DNA of 64,000 nucleotides from Eledone cirrhosa (Eukaryota): assembly GCA_964016885.1 (NCBI GenBank), contig OZ024760.1, positions 11,656,001-11,720,000 on the forward strand, in the 5' to 3' direction. Below, in pieces: positions 14,001-27,104 of this stretch (position 1 is the first letter of the stretch; the number at the start of each line of letters is the position of its first letter). Both the position numbers and the translations under genes were made by a program. The notes beneath the pieces were generated by a model. That model made no database searches. It worked only from the letters and a program-made list of their open reading frames with translations, and was not told where the DNA came from.

Positions 14001-17000
14001 TTTCCAAGCTTCCGTTTGGTTAGGTTGTCATATAATGAGACAAGTTAGGTCCAGAAACCATGGATTATATTTTGGCTTGAATTCTATGGTTGGATGACCT
14101 TCCTAACACCACCCACATTACAGTGTGGGCTAGGTGCTTTTTATCATGGCACCAAAACGACCACTTTACTGGGTGGACTAGGTGCTTTTTGTCATGACAC
14201 CAGCATGACCACCTCACAGTGTGGACTGGGTGCTTTTTGTCATGTCATCATCACGATCACCTTACAGGATGGGCTAGGGGATGTGTGTGTGTCATCACAT
14301 TTCTCACCCAGAACTATTACTTTAGAACGTCTTGGTTACATTTTACGAGGGCAATCCCAAAAGCGATGGGGGCGCAGAGAAACTGTTCGTACGGCTGTTG
14401 GCAACACTGTTGTGATTGGTGCTTCCTTCACTCCCAAACAAGCATGCGTGCGCTTCGCTGGGATGCTCAATCTTGGCTTGGCAGCCGTTGAGAATGGAGC
14501 TCCCGTTGAACGCTACCGCAGCCAAGTGCGAAGTTCGCGCAGTTATTCGGTTTTTGAACGCAAAAGGTGTTGAACCGATTGAAATTCTTCGCCAATTGAC
14601 GGAAGTGTATGGACAGTCGTGCATGGATGTCAAAATCGTTCGCAAGTGGTGTAGAGAGTTTATAGCTGGTTGTACTGAAATTCACGCCGAACAAAGGAGC
14701 CGGAGACCGTCAATTTCCAACAAGACAATCGCAATTTTTCCGTTAAAATCCTGTGCATGGTTCTTCGGGAAACCTCAGAAACCAAAATGCAAAGAGCATC
14801 CAGAGTGATCCGCCGATCTTTACGCATATTTTCCTCAACCTTTGCGATTGTTTCGTCGTGAATTTCAGTACGACCGTCTGTAAACTCTCTACACCAGTTG
14901 CGAACGTTTTTGACATCCATGCACGACTGTCCATACACTTCCGTCAATTGGCGATGAATTTCAATCGGTTCAACACCTTTTGCGTTCAAAAACCGAATAA
15001 CTGCGCGAATTTCGCACTTGGCTGCGGTAGCGTTCAACGGGAGCTCCATTCTCAACGGCTGCCAAGCCAGGATTGAACATCCCAGCGAAGGAAGCGCCAA
15101 TCACCACATTGTTGCCAACAGCCGTACAAATAGTTTCTCTGCGTCCCCATCGCTTTGGAGACCTTACTTTTGGGATTGCCCTTGTATGATGGCAGCAACA
15201 CCAACACTAGGGAGGTTGTCATGTCTTTGACACAACTAAAGTCCTGACTCTTTGTTAGGCAAGCTAGTTATCGTCAACTACTTTAGAGTATACTGGGTGT
15301 GATTATCATGTAGATCACCAACACTAGGGAGGTTGTCATGTCTTTGACACAACTAAAGTCCTGACTCTTTGTTAGGCAAGCTAGTTATCGTCAACTACTT
15401 TACAGAGTGTACTGGGTGTGATTATCATGTAGGTGTCCAGCCCTTTGTTTGGAAGGTTTTTTTTATGACTAGATGCCCAACTTATCACTAACTATTTTAC
15501 CGAGTGTAATAAATTAAGGTAAAACGCAACGCCTTCTTCCACTTTTTATTCATCCATTTTGCATTGTCGTGACTTTCAAACTTTAAATTTTATATACTAC
15601 ACACGATGCTTGAAGTAAAATACACATTACTCTCGTCTTCTGTATATTTTAAAGTTTTAAGCAAGTGTTTCGGCCGGCCCTTAACTACGGGATGCCTTAA
15701 TTATGTGTAATAATTGTTTGTTCTTCTATTACCAGGGTTTCCGAATTGTATCCAATAGTTCCCCTTCTAAACAGAATGAAAGCCAAGTGAAGCAGGGGTC
15801 TCGTCCGTGTTCTTGCCTCACTGAACCTGAACCTTGCCCTGTAGGGATCAGCAAAATCTGGGTCTATGGTCCAAGTCGTCGGACAGGGATAGCAAGTAAA
15901 CTGCTCGACTGTGCACGGTAAGTAATGGGGCTGAAGGGTCATTGTCATCGTTTTTACGTCCTTTATTCCACACTTGTCATAAGAGGTAACTAAAAGGGCT
16001 AGGTCAGGGCTAGGGATCTGTTACTTTATTTTATTGACCCCAGAAGAATGAAAGGCAAAGTTGATCTTCGTGGGATTTGAACTCAGCACATAAAGAGCTG
16101 GAACAAACAACATTACATATTTGTCTGGCGCCCTAACGACTTTGCCAATCTACCGTCCTAATGAAATGGTTATCATCATTATTATTTTTCCACGCTAGCA
16201 TGGGTTGGACAGGTCCTTTCTCAGCACAGCGTCTCTCTCCACTTGCCATGAAAGAAGTTGTTACTAAATCCTTCAAAATTATTTGAAAATGAAAGCTGGT
16301 GTCGTTTAGCTGATTCGTTAGAACGGTCAGCCAGTCGTCCCTGAAAGATATGGAGTTCGATTCTCTGGCCAATGTATTTTCTCAGTAAAGGCTTTATCTT
16401 ACATAATATTGAATCAATGAGATTTTTATATTATTTATTTTGAGAACAATACCTTAACATCAGTGTGAGTGGCTAGTTAGGGCTGGTTTGAACAGAAAGA
16501 GGTGAAAGAATTCTGGCTGGTTTGAATGCTAAAAGGTTAAGTTGTACATGGCTGAAACCTATCAAAGTTAATGTCTCTTTCATTAGAAATGTGTTAACTA
16601 CAGGGTTAAGAGGTTTAACGTCCATTTTCCATGCTTGCATGGGTTAGACTAGACATCCACGTTGAGAGACAGGATTGGCCATGCTGTACCTTGCTCCGAC
16701 GGGACTAAATTTGGACGGGGTTTTTACAGCTGGATGCCCTTCCTAACACTAACCACATTTACATATTTATTTGAATATATAAAAAAAAGATGAAACATAG
16801 AAAGTGACCATAAATTAATAATGATGTCATAAAAAAATTGTATTTTTACGAACTGTTGAGCAAATTATAAATTTTGAATATACATTAGCTTAAAGTAAAC
16901 TGCTTTAACATAAGTTTTTCTTTTTACTATAAATAATCGTCGTTGGGCATATAATCCCCCCTAATCTTGGACATGATTGGGGCCTTAGAGATGAAAAAAA

Positions 17001-17177
17001 AAGAAACATAATCATGTTGTTTTTTCTTTCTTTTATTTCAGATATTGGTTTCAATATGGGATGCTTGTACCAAAAAACAAACTGGCTTTCTCTGATCCGA
17101 CCCCTGAGGGGATGTTGTTGGCTTCCAAATACACAGGATCCCCATCTTTCCTAGTCTATAAATGTCGGACTAATTAA
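2054..17177 (+). CDS. ESCO2: Establishment-of-cohesion N-acetyltransferase (Eco1/ESCO family, ESCO2-like), 10 coding exons, ~633 aa
   Basis: Manual join with consistent phases: 2054-2073, 8706-9760, 10513-10576, 10984-11056, 12483-12614, 12835-12930, 13325-13402, 13884-13949, 15736-15917, 17042-17177 (1902 nt). Encodes QMTL|DAGQKKFG, a C2H2 finger (CPQCGMVY...DETTHARFH), [16 protein letters not shown]...[14 protein letters not shown] and [10 protein letters not shown]...FLVY, the Eco1/ESCO hallmarks. Exon 1 (ACCATGG...AG|GTGAGT) is least certain; a second in-phase acceptor lies 9 nt downstream at 8715. ESCO2 versus ESCO1 is inferred from N-terminal motifs. Confidence 0.92.
2131..2325 (+). mobile_element. 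Family A hairpin-plus-tail element, copy 2 (ESCO intron 1)
   Basis: Imperfect hairpin ggacccc...gggtcc followed by tail attacccactctactaccccaagtattgagtactctggtg; TA-flanked. Confidence 0.65.
3700..4555 (+). mobile_element. Cluster of partial tRNA-derived SINE (family 1) copies
   Basis: Repeated gccgaggttaactttgcctttcatcc...ggggtcgataaaataaagtaccagtaatgcactgggtaattgctggccttgtgcc.aaagtagaaacaattatta segments. Confidence 0.75.
5620..5965. repeat. 119-bp tandem repeat, ~3 copies
   Basis: aatctgtccagc recurs at 119-bp spacing; related to the 70-bp unit at 55570-56290. Confidence 0.8.
6231..6420 (-). mobile_element. Full-length tRNA-derived SINE, family 1
   Basis: Minus strand reads ggcggtggattggcagtatcgg (A box), gagttcaaatccc (B box), conserved body and aacaattatta tail. 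Matches copies at 40428 and 57128; other copies at ~6830, 18298, 20958, 22234, 35674 and 46150. Confidence 0.8.
7750..8290. repeat. 60-bp minisatellite
   Basis: Unit atagagtaatgtaaatgctatgtgaggtaaaggctttactgtgaaaatacaatagtatat. The same family occurs in reverse at 12950-13295 and 43020-43160. Confidence 0.9.
10195..10412. repeat. 47-bp tandem repeat, ~4.5 copies
   Basis: ccctaggtcaacctgatacagtaatactatgatcagttgttgttta repeated. Confidence 0.85.
11521..12450. repeat. 48-bp minisatellite (~19 copies) derived from a SINE-body segment
   Basis: Unit gctgtgacacctgcacggccactttacagtgtgggctgggtgcttttt. Resembles the ccactttacagtgtggactgggtgcttttt segment of dispersed repeats (e.g. 14110-14270, 52390-52450). 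Confidence 0.9.
12950..13295. repeat. 60-bp minisatellite filling most of an ESCO intron
   Basis: Reverse complement of the 7750-8290 unit. Confidence 0.85.
14346..15184. mobile_element. Mariner-derived fold-back element made of two inverted 5' halves
   Basis: TA-flanked TIRs (cgagggcaatcccaaaag ... cttttgggattgcccttg). Each arm encodes the mariner N-terminal HTH ([29 protein letters not shown]...VRKWCREF), on opposite strands. No DDD domain. Confidence 0.85.
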
Positions 17178-17989
17178 AACCACCACCATCACTAACAGCA
17201 GAACTTTCTCCATCATCACCAACATCAACAGCTGGCATTTTAAGTTTTCTTTTTGTTTTTTTTTTCCTTCTTGCCTATGGGGGGAGGCGACTGTTACTAT
17301 CACTACTACTGGGTGGGGTAGATGGTGGTGGCGGTGATGTGGAAGGGTGCTATATTGCTGGTCTTGAACTTCTCAGAGGCCAGCTGTGACATCTACCACC
17401 AAACAGTTATAAATCTGGTGACAGCTGCTGTTACTACTACCGTGGTCAAACAAGCAAATCATTGTTAACTATGTAGAGACAACCACCATTGGCTGACTGG
17501 AGACTGGTATTACTTACTAGTGTACCAACACTAAAGACCATCAACTAAATGGAGATTTATCACTTCCACCAACTGAACTTGGCCCTAAGCACTCATTTGC
17601 TGTAAATAACCTTAATACAATCACCACCTGCATGGCCTAGTGGTTAGTTTTTGGACTCGCAATCATAAGGTCGTGTGTTTAATTCCTGAACCTGACATTG
17701 TATTGTGTTCTTAAACAAGACACTTCATTTAATAGTAGGGCTGATGGCCTTATTAAAACACTTGAGAAACGTCCCTTAGGGATGTAACCTTCTTAAGAGG
17801 CCAGCTAAACCTAGAGGTGTGAGCTGTAGCATACATATTTATATATATTGTAGTACAAACTTGGTATAAAAATATATCATCACCGTTTAACATTTATTTG
17901 TCCATGCTTACATGGGTTAGACAGGTCGCCCGCGTCATGAGACAAGTCTGGCCAGCTGGATGCCCTTCCTAACACCAACCATGTTTAGT

Positions 17990-18024
<35 letters not shown>

Positions 18025-18708
18025 ATGGGGCCAATACCATTAAAACACCCAAGGAACCTTCCATGAGATACCTGGTAAGAGGCCAGCTAAACCTACATAG
18101 GTGTAAGCAGTTAGAAGATGATATACACACATATACTCACACATATATATATATAAATAAAATGATATGACTGGATCTTCTATCATTAAAATATTCAAGA
18201 AACCTTCCACCAGATACAACCTGGTATGAGTCCAGTTAAACCTACATAGCTATGTGTGAGCTATAACATGACATACACACATTATATATATATATAAGGG
18301 TGGTGGATTGGCAGTATCAGTAGAGGGTTGGATGCCTTGCTTTGCAGCATAGAGTTACGGGGGTCGATAAAATAAAGTACCAGTAATGCACTGGGATAAT
18401 TGCTGGCCTTGTGCCAAAAGTAGAAACAATTATATATACATATATATATAGGCGTTTGGTCGAAACCTACTATCTATTCATTAAAACACCCAAGAAAGTT
18501 TCCACCAGATGCACCTGGTATGGTGTCAGCTAAACCTACATAGAGATCAGCTGCAGCAACAGATTGCTGATTTAGTTGACATTTAAAACCAAACAAAATA
18601 TTAATATGGAATCACCATTACTACCTCTCTTTCATTTTCCTCAAATATTCCATTAGCACATAATTGCAACAGTTCAAATTTTTTTCTTTTCCAACACATT
18701 AACCCTTT

Positions 18709-19125
18709 AGGCGCATGGCTTAGTGGTTAGAGCATTGGGCTTGCAATCGAAAGGTTGTGAGTTCAATACTCGGACCGGGTAGTGTGTTGTTTCCTTGAGC
18801 AAGACACTTTATTTCACATTGGTCCAGTTTACTCAGCTGTAGAAATGAGATGATAGGGACTGGGGTCCCTATCATTCCACTGTAAAGTGGTCGTGGAGGT
18901 GCCAGGACAAAAAACTGTAAAGTGGACGTGTAGGCGCCACGGAAAAAAAGCACCCAGCACTCACTGTAAATGAGGTTGGTGTTAGGAAGGGCATCCAGCT
19001 GTAGAAATCAAGCCAGAATCAGTTACCGTATGAGCAAGACAAGGTCAGCCAACCAGACACTGTCTACAACAGGACAACCCGGCTAACCCATGCTAGCGTG
19101 GAAGAACAGACGTAAAACGGTGATT
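18709..19125 (+). mobile_element. tRNA-derived SINE family 2 with RTE-like 3' tail
   Basis: ggcgcatggcttagtggttagagc (A box), gagttcaat (B box), ccttgagcaagacactt core, and a catgctagcgtggaag..gacgtaaaacg tail. Near-identical copy at 49710-50060. Confidence 0.75.
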
Positions 19126-19914
19126 ATCCTATATTTACTATTGTATTTTCATGATAAAGGCTTTACCTCACATATCAGCTCTGAGATTTTGATATTTATT
19201 TTGAGAACAATACCTTAACATCAGTATGACTGGCTAGATACAGCCATTTTAAATGCTGAAGGTTTAAAGAAACAACTTCTAAATGTTTTCCCACCCACTG
19301 AGCCAAACAATTGAAGCTTTAACCCTTTAGCATTCACATTACTCTATATATACTATTATATTTTCATGGTAAATGCTTTATCTCACATAATATCGAATCT
19401 GAGATTTTGAAAGTATTTATTTTGAGAACAATACCTTAACATCAGTTTGAGTGACCAGTTACAGCCAGTTTCAACAGAAAGAGGTAGAGAATTCTGTCCG
19501 GTTTCAACATTAAAGGGTTAATAAAAGAAAATATTAATTTTGAAGCTACTACACTAACATTTTGGTGTGCATCTACAGCTTACAGATGTTGCATTTGTGT
19601 AATTCATTTTATTTATAATTTTTGTTTTGCTTTTTTCTATTTATTTTTTTTATTTTGTAAAATAAATTTCTTTCTTACATTCCTCCTCGTTTGTCTGTAT
19701 ATGGGAGAGGGGGTGATTGATCACCAAAATCCCAGACCTCGTTCACTTACTGGGTGTTGTGGGTGGGTGGAACTAGTCAAATATCTCCACTGCTGATACT
19801 ATCTGGCAGATAGTATTTATTTATCTTTATCACTGTTTTTATGTCTACCTTTCCACACTTTCATGGGTTGGACATATCTATATATCTATATATGGATGTA
19901 TATATATCTATAGA

Positions 19915-20150
19915 GAGAGACGAGTTGAGAAAGAAATTGGGTATAAGAGGGATAAGTTGTGGTATAAGAGATGGTATGGACATGTGATGTGCATGGAGGA
20001 TGACCGCTGGGTAAAGAAGTGCCAGTAGAGGTAGACCACGTAAAACATGGGCGGAGGTGGTGAGAGCTGACCTCAGATCGCTGAAGTTCATGGAGGAGAT
20101 GACGAAGGACCGTGACAAGTGGAGAGATGCTGTGCTGAATAGGACCAAGG
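19915..20150 (+). mobile_element. RTE LINE 3' fragment
   Basis: Matches the 3' end of the element at 22843-24985 (WYGHVM.MEDDRWVK...LRSLKFMEEMTKDRDKWR). Confidence 0.8.
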
Positions 20151-21989
20151 AAACAATGTTTCCATTACTGGTATTTACTAGTTGCACCATCCCCACCACC
20201 ACCACACATGTTACATTGTGTCCTTGAGCAAGACACTTTATTTCACTTTGCTTCAGCTAGCCTAGTTACACACTGTGTCCTGCCGAATCTCCCTGAGAAC
20301 TACTTTACAAGTGCTATGTGTTTATGGAATGCTCAGCCACTAGCAGGATCAGAAATGCCAGCTAGCTTTATCACACTGAATCTCCGAGAACTACTGTAAA
20401 ATGCTATGTGTTTGTGGAATGCTCATCAGAAACCAGAGATACAACACTAAGTCTGCTAGGTCGTGACTGACCTAGGGCTAAACAAAAAATGAAACAAAAG
20501 TCTGTTGTTTTTTGTAACAAAATTTTATTGAATATTGGCAGAATATGTGATATGGTGGCTGTCATTTGTTTCAAATAGTTTCTGACATGAAGGGAAATTT
20601 ACAGATTGCACCTTTTAGATTTAGTTGACACCACAGCCCCTGGGCTGGTAATCCATTTATTGATATAGTTTATTTTGTTTAAATTTAAAAAAAAAAAATC
20701 CATAATTTTAAGAACCTTTAAGTTATATTCCAAATACCAGCTTAATAATGAGAAAGTTATTACTAAATACCTCCAAACTTTTGATTTTCAAAACTATTTA
20801 AAAGTGATTTTCATTAAAAATATAACAAAAATAGTTAAGAGTTTATATTTATCTAAAAACTTTCCATCATTAGAAATATAGTTAGTGCTTTTATATTTAT
20901 TTAAAGGTCATCTGCTATAATTTTATTTCAGAACTTTTTATGTTCCAAAGACTAGATTAATAATTGTTTCTACTTTTGGCACAAGGCCAGCAATTACCCA
21001 GTACATTACTGGTATTTTATCGACCCCCGTAAGGATGAAAGGCAAAGTTAACCTCGGCAGGATTTGAACATAACCATGCTGGAAAGCATGGCGTCCAACT
21101 CTCTACTGATAGTCCACCGCCCCTACTACATTAATAATGAAAAGGTTATATCGTAAAATTTCTTCAAATTCTTGATTATCCAAACATCACAGGCAGTGTC
21201 TTTTATGAGAAATATGGTACCCAAGGAGGTTAAGTTACATAATACAGTGAATTGCCATTCGTGTTCGTTGGTAGCTGTCATGTTTGACACAAGTGTTGTG
21301 AGAATTTAGATTACATGGATAAAATACCTTGTGTAAACACTGGCGAAGAAAATAATTGAAAATAACAATTTGAAGTTTGTGTGGAACAGAACAATGGATA
21401 CGCATGTGTGTGTGTGTAACAATGTATATCATGTGTGTAACAAATGTATATTATGTGTGTAGGAGTGTGTAACAATGTACATTATGTGTGTAACAAAGGG
21501 TATTAGTGGAAATTTAGAATAGCTGATTTACTTTATATATATAAAAAGGTTTACTTCAGTTCAGTCAAAAAGGACAATAAATAAGTTGCGAAGGTTGACG
21601 ATGATATTTCGTTGTTGGTTCATGAGGCTGGTGTAGTCCGAGACCAGGTGAGAGAAAGAGTAATAGTCTGTGGTTGACTGTAGACCTCAGCGGCCTGTAG
21701 CAGGTGGTGAAACTTTACATAGCTAAACTATAGCGTATGGCTCCGATCTCTCTGTGTTTAAACGTGGGATGATACAGGCTTTATATACCTGTTGCTTTCT
21801 GTCTCCCACCTCTAGGGATCGCCCACGCATGAACTTGTTTACGCCGAAAAGGAGGTGACCCAGAATTTGACTTTTAGGTGTCACCCAGGGTTCAAGGAGT
21901 GGACAGATTTCGCTACATGTGCATGTAGGAGTGTATATATATATATATATATATGTAGGCAGGTGTGTAAGAGTATATATATATATATA

Positions 21990-22400
21990 TAACCAAAGAT
22001 TAATATGATTCATTGATTACTCAATGAATATAGTTTTACAATAAATTAAAAGCACTCTACAGTTAAGTTTTCTGGAGTTAGTAATATTATTCAAAATATG
22101 TTTTATTATATATATTTCGGAGGTACTGTGCTGTTTTTTCAGTACGTCCTCATCAGATAATATATATGAATTGATGTATGACATACCGCTACTGTCTTGA
22201 TGGTGCAATTCCACTACCTCCGAAATATATATAATTGTTTCTACTTTAGGGACAAGGCCAGCAATTACCCAGTGCATTACTGGTATTTTATTTTATCGAC
22301 CCCCGTAAGGATGAAAGGCAAAGTTAACCTCCGAAATATATATAATAAAACATATTTTGATTATGTGAACGTCTTCATTTATTAATATTTTGAATAATAT
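21990..22400 (-). mobile_element. TA-flanked PLE pLTR-like insert with hammerhead and short inverted arm, interrupted by a SINE
   Basis: Contains the HHR at 22103-22160. An inverted copy of its 3' half (cctccgaaatatatataat...) occurs at ~22217 and ~22329, on either side of a family 1 SINE fragment. Confidence 0.55.
22103..22160 (-). ncRNA. Minimal type I hammerhead ribozyme motif
   Basis: Minus strand: ttat CTGATGA ggac-gtactg[aaaaaacagca]cagtac-ctcc GAAA tatata TA ataa. Intact core; stems I, II and III pair. Confidence 0.7.
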
Positions 22401-22842
22401 ATATATATACATACACACACACACATATATATATTTATTTATATATAACAAAGTTATGTTGGTACCACAACATCCAGTCCGAAACAAATGAGGTCGTGTA
22501 GGTGTCACGACAAAAAAAAACACAGTCCACGCTGTAATGTGGCCGTGTAGGTAACACGGTAAAAACCTCCCAGTCCACACTGTAAACGTGGTTGGTGTTA
22601 GGAAGGGCATGCAGCCGTAGAAAACCCTATGCGAGCAAGACAACCATTCTTGCCTCAAGTGGGAAAACTCCCGTCCAAACCCATGCTAGCGTGGAAGATG
22701 GACGTTAAACGATGATGATGTTATATATATATATATAGTGAAGGCGCCTGGCAATATTATAACAATATGTATATACCACACACACACACATATATAATAA
22801 TCTTTGTAATAAACAAAAGATATACACTTTATATCATCTCAT

Positions 22843-24985
22843 GTGTATGACGAGAAAGAAGACGTTTTAGAATCGTATGACATAGATGTTAACTGGAATT
22901 TCTTACGTGACAACTTGCTGCAGGCTACTGAAGAAACTTGTGGCTGGAGCAGAGCTCTGAACAGACAGACGGTGACCTGGTGGTGGAACAACATGGAAGA
23001 TAAGGCCATTAGAGACAAAAGACTAGAATGGAATGCTTGGGAAAATGGTGGGAGTAGAGACTGATACACAGCCGCTAAGAGAGAAGTTAGACGTCAGGTG
23101 TACTTAGCACGCACGGAGGCTGAGAGTAGGAGGTTTGCCAATGTCCTGCAATGGGAAGATCAAAGACGTGCAGTGTTCCGCATTGCAAGGCAGTGTGTCA
23201 GTGTAAATCGGGATGTTGTTGGAGATAAATGTGTCCGGAATGATGCTGGTGTACTTAGTGTCACTAATGATCAGAAAAAGGAGGCCTGGAAATGTCATTA
23301 TGAGAGACTGATAAATGTGAAGAACGAATGGGAGAGAGAGAGAAACTACCCCCAGTAAACCCAAAAGAGGGACCAGCTATTGAGATTGATGAACTTAGGG
23401 TCCAAGAGGCAATTAAGGAAATGAAAAATGGTAAGTTGCTGAGATGCTGAAGGTATCAGAAGTAAGTACTAAATTGGTTGCTAGCATCATCAATCAAGCT
23501 ATATATGGCAGAGTCATACCCAAAGACTGATGCAGTATATTCTCATAAATTGCTACAAAGGTAAAGGGGATGCTCTGGAGAGGAGCAATTATAGAAGCAT
23601 AAAACTGATGGATCAGGTTATGAAAGTGGCAGAAAGGATATTAGCGCAACTAATTAGAGAAAGGGTCAAACTAGATGAGATGCAGTTTGGTTTTGTGCCT
23701 GGGAAAAGTACAACAGATGCCCTCTTCTTAGTGAGACAACTACAAGAGAGGTTCTTAGAGAAGAATAAGCCACTATACTTAGCTTTTGTTGATCTAGAGA
23801 AGGCCTTTGATAAGGTACCCCAATCTGTCATCTGGTGGTCCCTAAGGAGACTAGGTGTTGAGGAATGGCTTGTGAGAACAGTGCAAGCTTTGTACAGAGG
23901 TGCTGTCAGTAAAGTCAGGGTAGGAATGGAGTTTAGTGAGGAATTCCAGATGCAAGTAGGAGTACATCAGGGTTCGATCCTCAGCCTGCTCTTGTTCATT
24001 ATAGTCCTCCAAGCCGTAACAGGAGTTTAAGACTGGCTGCCCATGGGAACTTCTCTTTGCTGATGATCTGGTTCTTATAGCAGAATCAATAGAGGAGCTA
24101 GAGAATAAATTCAGTTGGAATCAAGAGGACTGAAAGTAAACTTAGCTAAGACAAAGGTGTTGATAAGTAGGAAAGAGGACAAAACTCTGATTCCGTCAGG
24201 GAAATGGCCATGTTCGATATGCAGAGAAGGAACTGGCATAAATTCTATAAAATGTACACAATGCAGATCTTGGGTACACAAGAGATGTAGTGGGATAGCA
24301 GGCAAACTAACAGGTAGGGAGAAATATGTATGCAGTAGATGTACAGGGAAATTTGACAGAAGTCGCATTGATAGACACATTTTTCAAATGCAGGTAGGTT
24401 CTATAGAAGTGGTTGATAGCTTCCGGTACCTAGGTGATCAGATTAGCATGGGAAGGGGTGTTCTGAGGCCATAGTATCTAGAATAAGGATGGGTTGGAAG
24501 AAGTTTAGGGAGCTGCTTCCTCTGCTGACAAAGAAGGGTTTCTTCCTGTATGAAAGGCCAGTTATATGATGGTAGTGAGACATGAGCAGCAACTGCAGAG
24601 GATATGTGACGGCTGGAGAGAAATGAAGCAAGCATGCTCCGTTGGATGTCTAATGTCAATGTACGTGAACGACCAAGCATGGATGAGTTGAAAGTGAAAC
24701 TGTGTTTAAGAGGGATAAATTGTATTGTGCGGGAGAGAAGACTGTGGTGGTATGGACATGTGCTGCGCATGGAGGACGACCACTGGGTAAAGAAGTGCAA
24801 AGAAATTCCAGTAGAGGAAGACCAGAAATAACATGGGCGGAGGTGGTGAGAGCAGACCTCAGATCGCTGAAGCTCACGGTGGAGATGACAAATGACCGTG
24901 AGAAGTGGAGAGATGCTGTGCTGAATAGGACCCGTCCCACCCTTGCAAGCAGGGAAAAGCGGAAGTAAAATGATGATGATGATGA
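22843..24985 (+). mobile_element. RTE (RTE-X-like) LINE, 5'-truncated and degenerate
   Basis: RT motifs KGKGDALERSNYR.IKL, QFGFVPGKST, FVDLEKAFD, GVHQGS, LFADD; Cys-rich CSIC...HKRCSG...CSRC; WYGHVLRM; (GAT)n tail. Stops and frameshifts present. Confidence 0.92.
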
Positions 24986-25646
24986 TATACATATATATAT
25001 AATTTAAACGTGTTATATAATGATACATGTGTGTATGTACATTACACAAAGATTTATCACACACACACACAGAACATGACTGGTACATATTTTATCCACT
25101 TCCACAAGGATATGAAAGACAATGTTTCCTGCAACAGGAACTGAATATAAAGTGCAAGACATGTTAGCCCTCCCTTGAATAATAATAATAATAGTAATAG
25201 TTTCAGGTTTGGGCACAAGATCAACAATTTGAAAGGGGGAGGGGGAATGTGAACAAATTTATCAACTCAGTAAGGATGAAAGGCACAAGGCCAACAATTT
25301 GGGGGAAGGGGGAAAGTCACTTAAATCGATCCCAGTGAGTTACTAGTGCTTTATTTTATCGACCCCCCCCCCCCCGTAAGAATGAAAAGCAAAGCTAACC
25401 TCAGCAGCAGGATTTGAACCCAGAAAGTCCTAACTATATGCCACAAAGCATGTTGTCCGACACTCAACCGATTCTACTGTCAATTCACTGCCCTTTATAG
25501 TAATATTTATTTATTTATAATTTTATTTGTTTTTTTGTTTTATTGAGCAGAAAGGCACTATGGAAAAAACATGATTGATATCCCTGAATTTATCGATTGA
25601 AATAACATTTGTTAAGGGATCTAGGAGACACCAGGACCCAGGAGTT

Positions 25647-27072
25647 TCACAGCATTGGTTTCCATTTGGGATAAAAATAATCAGTCATTTCTTTACTGAA
25701 GCCCTTGCGAAGCACAGAGCCCCGGGAGGCTGGGTATCTGTAATAAACCACTTCCCCATTGGCTAGCCAAGCTGACCACCAGCCAAACGAACCAACAGTA
25801 ATAATGGTATGATTGCAGTTGGCCATTAAGGCCATGTCCACCTCTCGTGGCATGTTTTCAACAAAGTAGATGTTATTGCCGGTCAAGTACCTCTTAGCCC
25901 ACGGTAGGTCATTGGTACAGACCATGTAAAGAATTCGATGGTAACGGTCACTAAAATACTGCATTGATCTACGAATGTAATCCAATGAAGCTGTATTGTA
26001 ACCATACAGCTTTAAATTGTCTTTGGTCATGTCTCCGCGTCGGATGTGCACCGCTATGAAAGTAAGGGCTCGACTCCCAACACGCTTTTCATGAATATCA
26101 ATAGCCTGCTTTAAAATCCTTGCTGCCTTAACCCTGATTGCAGCCTTGAATGTGAAGATTTGGCGCAGAGCTGACTCTATGTGATGGAAATATTTCCAAG
26201 ACTGGAGGTAAGCATTCATTTGATAGTTCCTATCACCAGTAAAGTTGAGGGTTTCTTTGTCAAATGCACTGGCCCTAAGTTCAGTACGGGCCGTTAAAAA
26301 CCAGCATGCGACATGAGGCAGTGTCACTGTGGATAGGTCAAACAATTCATTGAGTTCCAACTCAGCATCGATTAACAGAGTCATGTTCTTACTCTTTGCT
26401 ATCCCATAAGCAGAAGCATACTGAAACATAAGGTTACCAAGGCCTCCAGCAAAGACTGGGCATAATATTTTGGTCTCTTCCTGTCTGTTTATTATGTAGT
26501 TGATGGTATAAACAATACCAAGAATGTCCAGATAGTAAAATAAAATTAGGCCAACGATGAAAATGGTGACAAAAATCACTATTTTGACATGATGTGCTGA
26601 AAAAGAAAAAGAAAAAACCATTTTAATTTATCGGTCACATCTAGTGGAGGCACGTGGCCTAATGGTAAGGGTGTTAGATTTCACGTTATTGAATAATACA
26701 TGAAATGTTTATTTTATTCACAATTGTATAAATAACATTATTATATACATAAACATTACAAATAGCATTATAAATGCGTAAATAACATTACAAATTGCTC
26801 GCAATTCGTTTAGAACATTACTAATATAATATCGTTAATAAGCACAAATATAAACGCATAAAAGAGAGAAAAAATACTGCTCATAATTAACTACTTAACT
26901 GGGACCTAGCTATAGTTCACAACACACCAGTATCACTTAACTTGGCATGTTAGAATTATTAAACACCTTTCCAAAAAAAATGTTTCTAATAAATGTAACG
27001 CAGTTAGATTATTACGCCCCCTTGTAACTGTTATTTTTATTTACAAATTAGGCTTATTTGATTTCATCTTAC

Positions 27073-27104
<32 letters not shown>

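Noticed and set aside
18709-18780. tRNA-like sequences (also 6350-6420, 40428, 49710 and 57128)
   Set aside because: SINE heads with A/B boxes that continue into repeat bodies; no complete cloverleaf.
21540-21930. TA-flanked insert with a possible PLE C-terminus (IIPRLNTER)
   Set aside because: Too degenerate to assign and no intact ribozyme core.
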